A stretch of 64,000 nucleotides of DNA from Eledone cirrhosa (GCA_964016885.1 OZ024760.1:25916001-25980000), one strand, 5' to 3'; shown: positions 32,538-44,900, numbered from the stretch's first letter. Notes: generated by a model not told the origin, from the letters alone. Numbers and translations: made by a program.

Positions 32538-34631
32538 TTACCGTATTTTTGGTAGAGGAGGGATGGTTTTTACATCCCTTTTCACTTGATCGTCTGGTGA
32601 AGGGACCGTTGAATCGTCCCTTCGGCTGGTCGTCGGCTCTTCTAAGAGAATGTCTGAATATACTCTTCGATTAATGGTTCCTCCTAGGTCCCTGAAATCA
32701 CCAACTGCGTTGGGGAATTTCGTTTTAATGTTTGTGTATTGTTTCTGTGCTATTTTTAGCAGTCTTATGTTAGTTGGCGTTTTGATTGGTGCTGGTATTA
32801 TGTAGTCCTGTTGTGAAATGTCTGTGTGTTCAATTATGTAAGTCATTAGTTTCTTGTTGTGTGTGTTTATTGCCGTGCATTTGTTTTTCTGGGGGTGGGG
32901 TGTGGTTCTGCTATTTTCTTGTCGTTGTTGCTGGGTGTGTGTGTTTTGTTGTTGTGTTTGCGATGTTGGTGCTTGTGGTGTTGAAGGTGTTGTTGGCGGT
33001 GGGGTTGTCGCCGGTGGTGATGGTGGTGCTGGTGTGGGTGGTGATGGTGTTGGTGGTGTTGCTGCTGTGGGTCTCTTTGCAGTAGACTTTACCCTTTTCT
33101 CATTTCTTTCCTCCCTTTTCAAAGGCGACGATGCGCTGCTTCTGCGTTTGTGCCTTCTTGAGACCTTTTGCCATCCCTCTCCCACCTCACACTCCATGTC
33201 TGATTCTGTAAGGTCGGGGAGGGGTACCAGCTCCACTCTTTCACTTGTTGTTGTTGGTGATGTTTGCACTGGAGTCTCTGTTGCAGCTGCATTTGGTATT
33301 GCTGTTGTTGTTGTTAATATTTCCACTGCTGCTGCTGTCTTTGATTTCCGTGGAGTGGGTATGGGTGCCACGGACCTATCGTTCCTGGTTGCCGCTTGTC
33401 CTGTTGCTGGTAGCCGTGGAACCGGATTCGGGAGGAGGGGGGTTTTCTCCTTTCTCAGGGTCTTCTCGTTGCAGAAGGCCCTGAGGTGAGTCTTCGATCC
33501 ACAGCGAAAGCATTTCGGGCGTTTGCCCTCAACACTTATGGGCAGTTGAGTGCCGTTATCGAAGTCTATCACATCCGGGATAGCTTCGATGCACTCCTGG
33601 TTGGTTTGGATTAGCATCTCAATGGAGGAGCCGACCCAATCTTCTCTTACTTTTTTCTGTACTTGCAGTACAGTTGTTTTGTCCTCGATTCCGACGAGGA
33701 CAGACGCGGCCAGCCAAGAAGGGGTCATTCCGGGGGGGACGTGGGTCAGTTTGACCCTCACAATTTTTTGCCCGCAGTAGGAGGGCACCAACACCATTTC
33801 CTCGCTCCTTAGGGTCACTACTGATTGGGCCTTTGCCTCCTGGGGTGTGGCAAAAAGTACGTCTACGGTGGCGTATTTTTTGCCTCGGGTGATGTGCGTT
33901 TTCCTCTGCCACACAGACCCCAAGGCTTTTTGTATTTGGGCCTCTGTGGCTCTTTCCACCCTACGGGATTTTGTACTTACTGTACGGTACGTGACCGTAC
34001 AGTGCTCTTGGGTTTCGAAAAAATTTTTCGCTGCCTTGCAGATTGCTCGGTGTCCGTTCTTTGTCACCATCTTCTTCGCTTCCTCTAATTCCTCATTTGT
34101 TATGAGGATTGTTTCCAGGTTTTTCGCAATACCTGCAAATGAGATTGGTTTTTCTCTGCTGTTGTTGTTGTCGTCAGAGCTGCTGGTACTTTTGTTGTTG
34201 CTGCAGGTACTACGACTACTGCCTCCGCCGCTGTTGCTGTGGTTGTTGTTGGTGTTGCTGCTGCTAATGCTGTTGTTGTTTATGCTGCTGGTGATGCTGT
34301 TGCGGCTGCTACTGTTGTTTTCATTGTCACTGTTGCTGTTGTTATTACGGCTGCTACTGCTATTATTCCTGACGTCAGACGAATGAACTGGGTTTTCGTA
34401 TTTCCCGCACACCTGTTTCGTCGCTGTCGTCGTCGTCGTGGAGAAACTTTGCACGCTTTGCACGAGACTTTTCTTTTCTTTCGTCGCTTGCGAAAGAGAA
34501 GGTAGGGAGAGAGACACATTTAAAGAAGGGAGGGAGAGAGACAATCTTCTCTCTCCTGTAGTGATGATTGAGGAAGAAGAAGACGGAATGAGTGGGAGTG
34601 ACGTATGAAATTTTTTTTTTTTGGTAGCCAT
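32538..34631 (-). CDS. LINE (L1/Tx1 clade) ORF1, gag-like nucleic-acid-binding protein
   Basis: Open frame of ~700 aa ending 35 nt upstream of ORF2. Contains zinc knuckle CFRCGSKTHLRAFC (CX2CX4HX4C), SFAGIA motif, and low-complexity N/S and P/T tracts. Likely start is ATG at 34631 (aaaacATGG); the ORF track starts at a TTG at 34664. Confidence 0.85.
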   Translation of the reverse strand: MATKKKKFHTSLPLIPSSSSSIITTGERRLSLSLPSLNVSLSLPSLSQATKEKKSLVQSVQSFSTTTTTATKQVCGKYENPVHSSDVRNNSSSSRNNNSNSDNENNSSSRNSITSSINNNSISSSNTNNNHSNSGGGSSRSTCSNNKSTSSSDDNNNSREKPISFAGIAKNLETILITNEELEEAKKMVTKNGHRAICKAAKNFFETQEHCTVTYRTVSTKSRRVERATEAQIQKALGSVWQRKTHITRGKKYATVDVLFATPQEAKAQSVVTLRSEEMVLVPSYCGQKIVRVKLTHVPPGMTPSWLAASVLVGIEDKTTVLQVQKKVREDWVGSSIEMLIQTNQECIEAIPDVIDFDNGTQLPISVEGKRPKCFRCGSKTHLRAFCNEKTLRKEKTPLLPNPVPRLPATGQAATRNDRSVAPIPTPRKSKTAAAVEILTTTTAIPNAAATETPVQTSPTTTSERVELVPLPDLTESDMECEVGEGWQKVSRRHKRRSSASSPLKREERNEKRVKSTAKRPTAATPPTPSPPTPAPPSPPATTPPPTTPSTPQAPTSQTQQQNTHTQQQRQENSRTTPHPQKNKCTAINTHNKKLMTYIIEHTDISQQDYIIPAPIKTPTNIRLLKIAQKQYTNIKTKFPNAVGDFRDLGGTINRRVYSDILLEEPTTSRRDDSTVPSPDDQVKRDVKTIPPLPKIR

Positions 34632-34844
34632 GTTTTTTTGTTTAAAATGAAATTTTGGGTACAAAACCCCAATAACTGGCTATTTAACCCCGAAGGGCCA
34701 AATAACGGACAGAAAGACCCCTCTCACGAGGAGGAGGGTGTCTTTATCAACAATTTGGTTCAAGTTTTAAACAATTTACAATTGTTTTAACGGTTAAAAA
34801 TTACTATACCTTACAGAGCCGAGCCTCCGTCAACCATGGCATTC

Positions 34845-34885
<41 letters not shown>

Positions 34886-34997
34886 TAATAATAATAATAA
34901 TAACAATAATAATCAAGAGAAAGGGAGAGAGAGGGCTAGAGGGAACCTGTACAAGAGAGTAAGAACGGCGGAAGACCAGCCTGTGTAGATATATAAT

Positions 34998-35055
<58 letters not shown>

Positions 35056-35066
35056 AATATATATAT

Positions 35067-35103
<37 letters not shown>

Positions 35104-35172
35104 CATGCACATACGTAGCCATTTTCTGTATAAATATATGTTTACACACACACACGCAGATATATATATATC

Positions 35173-35205
<33 letters not shown>

Positions 35206-35239
35206 TGTGTGTTTGTGCATATATGTATGTGTACATAGT

Positions 35240-35322
<83 letters not shown>

Positions 35323-35504
35323 TATGTATATATATATATATATATATTTATATATACATATATACATATATATCATTGTATATAATAATAAATTTACTAC
35401 CAAAGAATAAATTTTGAAAAAACATAATGAATGCTTGTATGGAGCATACATTTGTACGTCAGTTTAGATAAATAAATGTATGTATATATATATATATATA
35501 TACA

Positions 35505-35548
<44 letters not shown>

Positions 35549-35872
35549 TATACATTCTTATATATGCATATATATAAATATATTTATATATATATGCGAG
35601 TGTATGTGTGTGTGTGTTTTTATGTATGTATGTATATTGGCATAACATGAGTTTAATTTTTAAGACGAAATGAATTTGAAAATAAAAAATTTTAAAAAAT
35701 TGCGACAAGACGAGACGAAAAGCAACACTTTTTGATTGCTGAGGTAAAAAAAATAAAATAAAATAAAAAAGAAAGACACAGCTAACTTCATCCATTTTAT
35801 CGCTGCGGGGATTGTCTCCCCTTGCATTGTCAATATTTGATGACACCAACTTTTTAAGATAAAAAGAAAAAA

Positions 35873-35939
<67 letters not shown>

Positions 35940-36143
35940 CATACATATATATATATACATACATATATATATATACATATATATATATATACATATAGAT
36001 ATATATATGTATATATATACACACACATATATATATATATATAGTCACATATATATATATATATATCTGTGTATATATATATATATATATTTACATATAT
36101 ATATATACATCTATATACATATATATATATATGTATATATATG

Positions 36144-36229
<86 letters not shown>

Positions 36230-36574
36230 ATCCCCACCCACATAAATCCCACGAAAAAAAATTATAATATTAATAATTTTTTGATTTTAAAAAAAATTTC
36301 ATTTTCTCCTACAGAAAGAAATTTGAGAGTTTCTTTGGTTTTTTTTTTAGTTTTTTTTTTTTAGGGGAAAAGACCTAAAGCTCTAAGTTATATAAACACT
36401 GTTGGTTAATAAAGAAATTAATTAGACTATATACTTATATGTTTTTTGTATATATAAGTATCACTGTATTCATTATATATGCATATATAAACATTTTTTT
36501 GTGTGTGGATATATATATATAGAATTATATATATATATACATATATATGTATATGTATATACATGCATATGTAT

Positions 36575-36640
<66 letters not shown>

Positions 36641-36692
36641 GTATACACATACATTTGTATGCTTAAATATATATATACAAATATATATATTT

Positions 36693-36778
<86 letters not shown>

Positions 36779-36788
36779 TATATATAGA

Positions 36789-36827
<39 letters not shown>

Positions 36828-37019
36828 CAATATATATTTATTTATTCTTTCGTTGTAATTGCAAAGGACATTTTTTGGGACAGTTTAAGATTTTCATGCG
36901 CCAAAACTGAACTTTTTTTGATGTGAAACGAAAAATCCTGACTAAAAACAAAAAAATATACAAAAAAATATGGTTGTTTGAATTTTTATTTTGTTTTTTT
37001 CTGCGTTGTTTGTTGGTTT

Positions 37020-37213
37020 CATTATTTCAATGTTTAAACTTCTGAGTTCAAATCCCATCCAGGTTAGCTTTGCCTTTCATCCTTACACGGTCGATAAAAT
37101 AAAGTACCAGTCACGCACTGGTGTCGATTTAATTAACTTTCCTTCCCACAAAATTGCTGTGCTGAAACGTCTTCTTTAGGATTGGTAGATCTTTGACAAT
37201 GTATATAATATAA

Positions 37214-37292
<79 letters not shown>

Positions 37293-37836
37293 TTATGTGA
37301 CTAAGACCGTCAATATTTATATTATATATATTATATATAATATATATGTATACATATGTATATAAATATATTATATATTTACATTATATAAATATATACT
37401 GTATATATATATATTATATTATATTATATTATATTATATTATATTATAGGGTGGCTGATTGGCAGTATCGATAGAGGGTTGGACGCCATGTTTTCTAGCA
37501 TAGAGTTACGTCCCTTTATGATCTGAGTTCAAATCCCGCCGAGGTTAACTTTGCCTTTCATCCTTACGGGGTCGATAAAATAAAGTACCAGTAATGTACT
37601 GGGTAATTGCTGGCCTTGGGCCTAAAGTAGAAACAATTATATTATATTATATATTATATATATTAGCGGTGGATTGGCAGTATCGGTAGAGGGTTGGACG
37701 CCATGCTTTCCTGCATAGTTACGTCCCTTTACGATCTGAGTTCAAATCCCGCCTTTCATCCTTACGGGGTCGATAAAATAAAGTACCAGTAATGCACTGG
37801 GTGATTGCTGGCCTTGTGCCTAAAGTAGAAACAATT
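37020..37836 (+). mobile_element. Three family A SINE copies (37020-37160, 37449-37638, 37667-37836)
   Basis: Same A/B boxes and core as 23959-24142. Confidence 0.88.
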
Positions 37837-37889
37837 ATATATATGTATCATGATCCAGGGTCTTGAAATTACTCGCGAAGGGGGAACCC

Positions 37890-39175
37890 CTCCCTGGACA
37901 ACTTCCACCGATTTCTGTCCCTTGATAGTCTTACCATGTGGTTCCCAGGTGTTTGGTGAGGTCTTCTCGCCATCTTGTCCTTGGACGTCCTTTTGATCTT
38001 GTCCATATTTTTGATGTCCACTCTGTCACTCTGATTGTCTATCTGTTGTCACTGGGTCGCGAGATGTGGCCAGCTCATCTATTGTCACTGAGTCGCAAGA
38101 TGTGGCCAGCTCATCTGTTGTCACTGATTCGCGAGATGTGGCCAGCTCATCTGTTATCACTGATTCGCGAGATGTGGCCAGCTCATCTGTTGTCACTGAT
38201 TCGCGAGATGTGGCCAGCTCATCTGTTGTCACTGAGTCGCGAGATGTGGCTAGCTCATCTGTTGTCACTGAATCACGAGGTATGGCCAGCTCATCTGCTG
38301 TCACTGAGTCTCCAGATGTGGCCAGCTGATCTGTTGTCACTGAGTCTCCAGATGTGGCCAGTTGATCTGTTGTCACTGAGTCGCGAGATGTGGCCAGCTC
38401 ATCTGTTGTCACTGAGTCGCGAGATGTGGCCAGCTCATCTGCTGTCACTGAGTCTCCAGATGTGGCCAGCTGATCTGTTGTCACTGAGTCTCCAGATGTG
38501 GCCAGCTCATCTGTTGTCACTGAGTCGCGAGATGTGGCCAGCTCATCTGTTGTTACTGGGTCGCGAGATGTGGCCAGCCCATCTGTTGTCACTGAGTCGC
38601 CAGATATGCCCAGCTGATCTGTTGCCACCGGCTCGTGATATGTGGCCAGCTCATCTGATGTCACTGAGTCGCGAGATGTGGCCAGCCCATCTGTTGTCAC
38701 TGAGTCTCTATATGTGGCCTGCTAATCTGTTGCCATTGAGTCTTCAGATGTGGCCAATCCACCTGTTGTCACTGAGTCTCCAGATGTGGCCAGTTGATCT
38801 GTTGTCACTGAGTCGTGATATGTGGCCAGCTCATCTGTTGTCACTGAGTCTCCAGATGTAGCCAACCCACCTGTTGTCATTGAGTCTCCAGATGTGGCCA
38901 GCTGATCTGTTGCCACTGAGTCGTGATATGTGGCCAGCTCATCTGTTGTTACTGAGTCTCCAGATGTGGCCAGTTGATCTGTTGTCACTAAGTCTCCAGA
39001 TGTGGCCAGCCCATCTGTTGTCACTGAGTCGCAAGATGTGGCCAGCCTATCTGTATTTGTTCGTCTTGATGGTTGTTATTGTGTCGCTTACTCCAGTTTG
39101 TTGTCAGATCCAAGTGCTTTTCTTCGTCTTGTCACCCAGCCTGGTAACCTGCATGATGGGCCTATCTTTCACTGG
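37890..39175 (-). mobile_element. RTE-clade LINE 3' remnant interrupted by an internal 36-bp tandem expansion
   Basis: Minus-strand translation gives ...TWI*QQTGVSDTITTIKTNKYR*AGHI.. upstream of the array and WTRSKGRPRTRWREDLTKHLG downstream of it. Confidence 0.8.
38040..39050. repeat. 36-bp minisatellite (~28 units; gatgtggccagctcatctgttgtcactgagtcgcga)
   Basis: Direct inspection; the reverse complement encodes R(W/*)AGHISRLSDN. Confidence 0.95.
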
Positions 39176-39288
39176 CCGACAGAGTCTTCATCAGTACAGT
39201 ATACCGCTTAACTGTCAAATGTCAGAGCTAGTGTAAATATATGATATTTTCTAAAATAAACACTGACTGATCGGCCTGATTTGCATAT

Positions 39289-39361
<73 letters not shown>

Positions 39362-39452
39362 GGGATAACAGGTTATCGTTATGGCAGTCCACTTAGAAGC
39401 AATGTGAATAAAGCCCTTATTGTATACCGAACCATGTCAATCTTCTTTCTTG

Positions 39453-39519
<67 letters not shown>

Positions 39520-40254
39520 AATATATATATATAAGAGAGTATTGAAGTTTGCTTGAAGCATTGTGGAATTATAAGGTAAATTTCTTTAAGTCGTTTGGAA
39601 GCCTCGACAATGCAGATGGGTAAATCTCCGGGTAACAAGATCCGGTGGTGGAGAGAGAGATGTAAGTGGGTGTACGTTGAGATGCGTGGCGTGTATAAGA
39701 CTGTAGCGTGTAGAGGAATGAAGGAAAGAGCGTAAAGGATAAAAATAAAAATAAAAATAACAACACGAGATAGAGTTATCTTGGGAGAAATTTAATTGTC
39801 CCTATATATTTCGGATTCACATCCATCAACTGGGGGTTTTCCGGGTGGGGTGGTTGTCTGTCGGAAAGGTGCGAAACGTGTACTCCGCTGTTCGTTGTTT
39901 TGAATATATATATATATACAATATATATTGATGTTCTAAGTTACATAATACAATATGTGGGTATGTATGTGTGTGTGTATCTATGTGACTATGGCCCTCA
40001 TTTGCCTTGACGTGAAGGTAAATATCTCCAGATTAATCCAAAGCTAATCAAATACTCATGCCAACAGGATCTCTACACCTATCTTACATTGGACCTCCTC
40101 ACTAGACCTAATATTTCTCTTGATCAATAGTTTTCGTTGCCTCCAAATATTGAAACATCTTTATGGTTGGTAAAATTTTGACAGTGTATTGTATGTCCCT
40201 CCATGGTAAATTTTTAAAGACTAATTTTAAAATGTCTTCTTTCTCAGACTGGTA

Positions 40255-41310
40255 ATTCTTCTTCTTCTTCTTCTTCCTGGTCCACTTATTCCTGAGAGTG
40301 TCGTGGGGGTCAGAGTCCTCAAACATTCATTCCAGTGGGTCCTGTCACAAGCAACCGTCTCCAACTGATCGGACAGGATCCTCCAGTGACACCAGACAAG
40401 CTCATGGATGTTATTCAACCATCTTGTTCACAATCTACCCCCTGGGTCTCCTGCCGATTGGTTTTGCCCATAAAATCTGTCCAGTCCAATGATTCTTTCC
40501 TGAGACATTCTAACCACATGTCCATAGTATCAGAGCTGTGATCTCTCAATTGGGAGAAATAGCAGCTCTACTTTGAGTGACTCTCTGATCTCCGAGCTAT
40601 AAATCTGTCCACTGATTCTTTCCTGAGACATTCTAACCACATGTCCATAGTATCGGAGCTGTTGTCTCTCAATTCGGAGAAATAGCAGCTCTACCTGGAG
40701 TGACTCTCTGATCTCCGAGCTATAAATCTGCCCACTGATTCTTTCCTGATACATTCTAACCACATGTCCATAGTATCAGAGCTGTGATCTCTCAATTCGG
40801 AGAAATAGCAGCTCTACCTGGAGTGACTCTCTGATCTCCGAGCTATAAATCTGTCCACTGATTCTTTCCTGATACATTCTAACCACATGTCCATAGTATC
40901 AGAGCTGTGATCTCTCAATTCGGAGAAATAGCAGCTCTACCTGGAGTGACTCTCTGATCTCCGAGCTATAAATCTGTCTGATTCTTTCCTGAGACATTCT
41001 AACCACATGTCCATAGTATCGGAGCTGTGATCTCTTGATACAGAGAAGTAGCAGCTCTAACTGAAGTGACTCTCAGTAATATTTCTCTATTCTTTCCTGA
41101 GACATTCTAACCACATTCCCATAGTATCAGAGCTGTGATCTCTCAATTCGGAGAAATAGCAGCTCTACCTGGAGTGATTCTCTGATCTCCAGCTACAAAC
41201 CTGTCCAGAGATTCTTTCCTGAGACATTCTGACCAGATGTCTATAGTATCAGTGCTATGACCTCACAATTCGAAGAAATAGCACCTCTACCTGAAGCGAC
41301 TCTCAGTAAT
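40255..41310 (-). mobile_element. RTE-clade LINE 3' remnant with (GAA)n tail and internal ~123-bp tandem array
   Basis: (ttc)n tail at 40256-40276; minus-strand protein IRESLQVELLFLRIERSQLRYYGHVVRMSQERI repeated; gattctttcc at 40491, 40614, 40737, 40860, 40980, ~41090 and 41209. Confidence 0.85.
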
Positions 41311-41554
41311 ATTTCTATTGATAAATATTTTTCTTAGCCTACAACTATTGAAATATCTTCGTTATGTTTGCTATATATTTGATAATATAATGAACCTGCC
41401 ATCATGATAAGTTTTTAAATACTAACTTTAAAATGTCTTCTCTGTAAGAATGGGAATGTTTCTTTTGAAGAGTGTTTTTCGTAGCCTCCAAGAATTGAAA
41501 AATATTGTTTATAACTTCATAGTAGCCTCTTGAACATATATATATATATATATA

Positions 41555-41765
41555 TAGGAAAAGAGTCAGGACCCCGACGGCTAAGCTCCGGTCGTTACGA
41601 CAGCTAGATCCGAACTCTATATCGGATCTAGCTGTCGAAACGGCCGGAGCTCAGACGTCGGGGTCCTGACTCTTTTCCTATTACCCACTATCACTCTACT
41701 ACCCTAAGTATCGAGTACTCTGGTGCGTTATGGCCCACCTGGTTCCTTACCGCACTTTCTTTGTT
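41555..41765. mobile_element. Fold-back element; family also at 23219-23405 and inverted fragments at 23538-23725
   Basis: Hairpin 41555-41681 followed by the shared tail ccctaagtatcgagtactctggtgcgttatgg. Confidence 0.8.
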
Positions 41766-42194
41766 ATATATATATATATATATATATATAAATGAAATAG
41801 AATGAAACGAAATTTCATTTCTCACTCTTAGTACGGCACTTACTTAAATGTAAGTATGTATGTATGTATACGTACATACATATATGTATACAGACGTACA
41901 GTAGTATGTTTAATTTGGGCTGTTTGTTTGTTTACAAACAAACAAACAAACTGAGCATTATAATAAATGTTCGGTAAACCGATACGTGCATATATATATA
42001 TATGTGTGCATGTATGTATATATACATACTACTGTATGTCTGTATACATATATGTATGTACGTATACATACATACGTTCATATATATATAAACAAGATGT
42101 ATGGTAGGTCGTATGTGAATCGCGATGATCACGTCTGACCTACCAAATATGTGACGGTAGCTAGTTAAGCTCTATGCGTGTAAGCAGAGCAGAA

Positions 42195-42476
42195 ATATTA
42201 GTGAAAAAGAACAAAGGAACTATTATGACATTATAACAAGTTTATTGCCGACAGCCGTTTCGTCCGACCATATGGTGGGACTTTTCAAGGCATATAACAA
42301 TTTTAAGGCATATAACAATTTCAAACTGCTAGTCTTGAGTGATACGTTGATGTAAATAATGATCTTACAATCACATGTTATATGCCTTGAAAAGTCCCAC
42401 CATATGGTCGGACGAAACGGCTGTCGGCAATAAACTTGTTATAATGTCATAATAGTTCCTTTGTTCTTTTTCACTA

Positions 42477-42480
<4 letters not shown>
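42195..42480. repeat. Fold-back inverted repeat, ~105-bp arms
   Basis: 42195-42299 is the reverse complement of 42376-42480. Confidence 0.95.
42383..42429 (+). ncRNA. Minimal type I hammerhead ribozyme, U3-A8 variant (mirror copy on minus strand 42246-42292)
   Basis: TGCC-TTGAAAA-GTCC(cACCATATGGTc)GGAC-GAAA-C(GGCT)G-TC-GGCA; GUC cleavage triplet. Confidence 0.75.
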
Positions 42481-42511
<31 letters not shown>

Positions 42512-43217
42512 TAACAATTAAAAGGGACAAGGTGTTGTGTGATTACTAATAAAGAGTGTTTAGAAATGTAAGGGAAACACAAACATATGACCATTCCCCT
42601 CTTCAGTTGTCTGCTGTGGTTCTCGGATGTTTCGACGCATTAAAGACAATAGATCTATCCACAGTTAATAACTTCAGGAAATAATTAAGGAAAGGACATA
42701 TATATATATATCTATATATATATAATAGTAGAACACTGGAGGGTTATATCCGTAGTAGTAAAGCAGTGTCCATGGGACGAGTTTGGCAGTAGTCGTTCCA
42801 CAACAGTTAGTTCACCATTACCGAGAACAATTGTTTCACCTTATTCGGATCATCAGCACGGTTTACACTACCTGTCATGATGAAGTTTTAAAGATCCTGG
42901 ACTATATATACATTATACTACCAAAAGTTTTTAATATTTTAAAGACCAGCTTAAAGATCTCTCTCTCTCTCTATCTATCTATTTATCTATCTATTTCAGG
43001 CTGCTAGTTTTTATATTGGAACAAATGGTACTCGATGCGATTCTGAGTAGTCTTCGCAACATACACGTAATTCTCTACGTGATCGGGATGAGATATCGTT
43101 CAACGATCAATATGAAAATGTCAACCATGATATCAAAATAAACGAGTAATCTAGAGTTCTGTTTGTAAAAATAGTCTGTATATGATGGAGTATGGTATAC
43201 ATATATATATATATATA

Positions 43218-43635
43218 TCTTTAATTCGTTTGGAAGCCTCGACAATGCAGATGGGTAAATCTCCGGGTAACAAGATCCGGTGGTGGAGAGAGAGATGTAA
43301 GTGGGTGTACGTTGAGATGCGTGGCGTGTATAAGACGTGTAGAGGAATGAAGGAAAGAGCGTAAAGGATAAAAATAAAAATAAGAACACGAGAGAGAGTT
43401 ACCTTGGGAGAGATTTAATTGTCCCTATATATTTCGGATTCACATCCTTGTTTCCGGGGTGGGGGAAAGGTTGTCTGTCGGAAAGGTGCGAAACGTGTCC
43501 ACTTACATCTCTCTCTCCACCACCGGATCTTGTTACCCGGAGATTTACCCATCTGCATTGTCGAGGCTTCCAAACGACTTAAAGAAATTTACCTTATTAT
43601 TCCACAATGCTTCAAGCAAACTTCAATACTCTCTT
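43218..43635. mobile_element. Fold-back element; family also at 39535-39900 and 53148-53370
   Basis: 43218-43304 is inverted at 43499-43585; near-identical dispersed copies sit beside (TA)n tracts. Confidence 0.8.
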
Positions 43636-43885
43636 ATATATATATATATATATATATTTACATACATATATAAACACAATAATCGCGCACACGCACACAC
43701 ACATACATATATATACACATATATAAACATACATGGCCTTGACAGCATTTAGCTGTTTTGACGACTGTTCTCGAGATGAGTTTTCTCATTTTCATATATA
43801 CTCAAATACACTCTCGGTTCGTCTCGATCCGAGATAACATTATTTTATATATATATATACATACATATATATACATAAATACACG

Positions 43886-43935
<50 letters not shown>

Positions 43936-43945
43936 CATAAACACA

Positions 43946-43991
<46 letters not shown>

Positions 43992-43999
43992 AACACACG

Positions 44000-44033
<34 letters not shown>

Positions 44034-44099
44034 AATTTCTTATGAATTCGTATGGTTTGAATATTTGCCACAACGACCCCGCCAAAAATAAGAAACCAC

Positions 44100-44500
44100 A
44101 ATAATAATAAGAATAATAATAATAAGAATAATAAGAATGATTTCTTTATTAACCACAAGGGTTTACATAAAGTAGACATTAAGGACAGTGCAGGACAATA
44201 CAGCACGGTACAAATGGGCATTTCTGCGTGTAAAAAACAAAAACAGAGGATGTAACAAAAATAATAACAATGAAAAATTCCCCAGTAGGGGGGAGACTTC
44301 CGAGGGACATTTGTGGAGAAAGCCCATTAAAAGGCCACAGTGACCCTGACCATCAAGGCAAGTGTCCTCTCCCAGTTTTCCACCTTTAATTTACAGATAC
44401 ATACTCAGAGTAGGCCCATTCACTCGGGCCATTCTTGCTTCTCTCACCCATCTTTCAACAAAATGCTGGGAAGAGAGCACTTCCCTCTCTACTCTGATTT
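44100..44500 (-). mobile_element. 5'-truncated copy of the Tx1-like LINE (ORF2 C-terminus + 3'UTR)
   Basis: Near-identical to 28820-29190 (gatttctttattaaccacaaggg...ctctactctgattt); flanked by AAT/AAG-rich repeats. Confidence 0.9.
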
Positions 44501-44517
44501 AATAATAATAATATTCG

Positions 44518-44900
44518 CCACGAGAGTGCAAGAGAAGGAGAGGGAGAAAATTAACCGATACCAGGACTTAAAGTGGGAGGTAAAAAGGATTTGGAACTGC
44601 CATGAAGTCAAAGTGGTCCCGATTGTCATAGGCGCACTAGGTACTATCTCAAAGAGTTTCCAGGGATGGTTAAAGAAAATTGGCTCCGCCCCGCTTTTTG
44701 GAACACTTCAAAAGGCATGCTTGCTGGGAACAGCAAGAACTCTCCGATACGTCCTGAATATCTGAGGCTGCAGGTAGTGGCTTGAGATTCATTTCAACAA
44801 ACTTTCCAGTTAACTAACATCAATGACTGAGACTCAAAGAATAATAATAATAATAATAATTATAATAATAATAATAATAATAATAAAAATAATAATAATT
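44518..44900 (+). mobile_element. R4/Dong-like 3' fragment with (AAT)n tail
   Basis: Reads EKINRYQDLKWEVKRIWNCHEVKVVPIVIGALG...ARTLRYVLNI*, followed by the shared 3'UTR and (AAT)n. Confidence 0.88.

Larger units (their letters stand above)
28797..34844 (-). mobile_element. Full-length Tx1-like non-LTR retrotransposon inserted in an (AAT)n microsatellite
   Basis: ORF1 + ORF2, ~260-nt 3'UTR ending in (TTA)n at 28797-28820, and an (AAT)n array directly beyond the 5' end (34845-34913). Visibly more GC-rich than its flanks. Confidence 0.9.

Noticed and set aside
29032-34519. Antisense and alternative-frame ORFs overlapping the LINE
   Set aside because: Shadow ORFs expected in GC-rich coding sequence; no recognisable motifs.
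38040-39050. CRISPR-like 36-bp repeats
   Set aside because: The units are head-to-tail with no spacers, there are no cas genes, and the context is eukaryotic.
39160-39200. Minus-strand CTGATGA...GAAA as a hammerhead
   Set aside because: Stem II is out of register and there is no stem I or UH site.
37938-39236. 307-aa REMWPAHLLSLS and 224-aa VTTDELATSRDS repeat proteins
   Set aside because: These are alternative frames of a 36-bp minisatellite derived from an RTE; there is no evidence for a host gene.
42540-42640. Minus-strand CTGAAGAGGGGA as a hammerhead
   Set aside because: No downstream stem II partner or GAAA in register.
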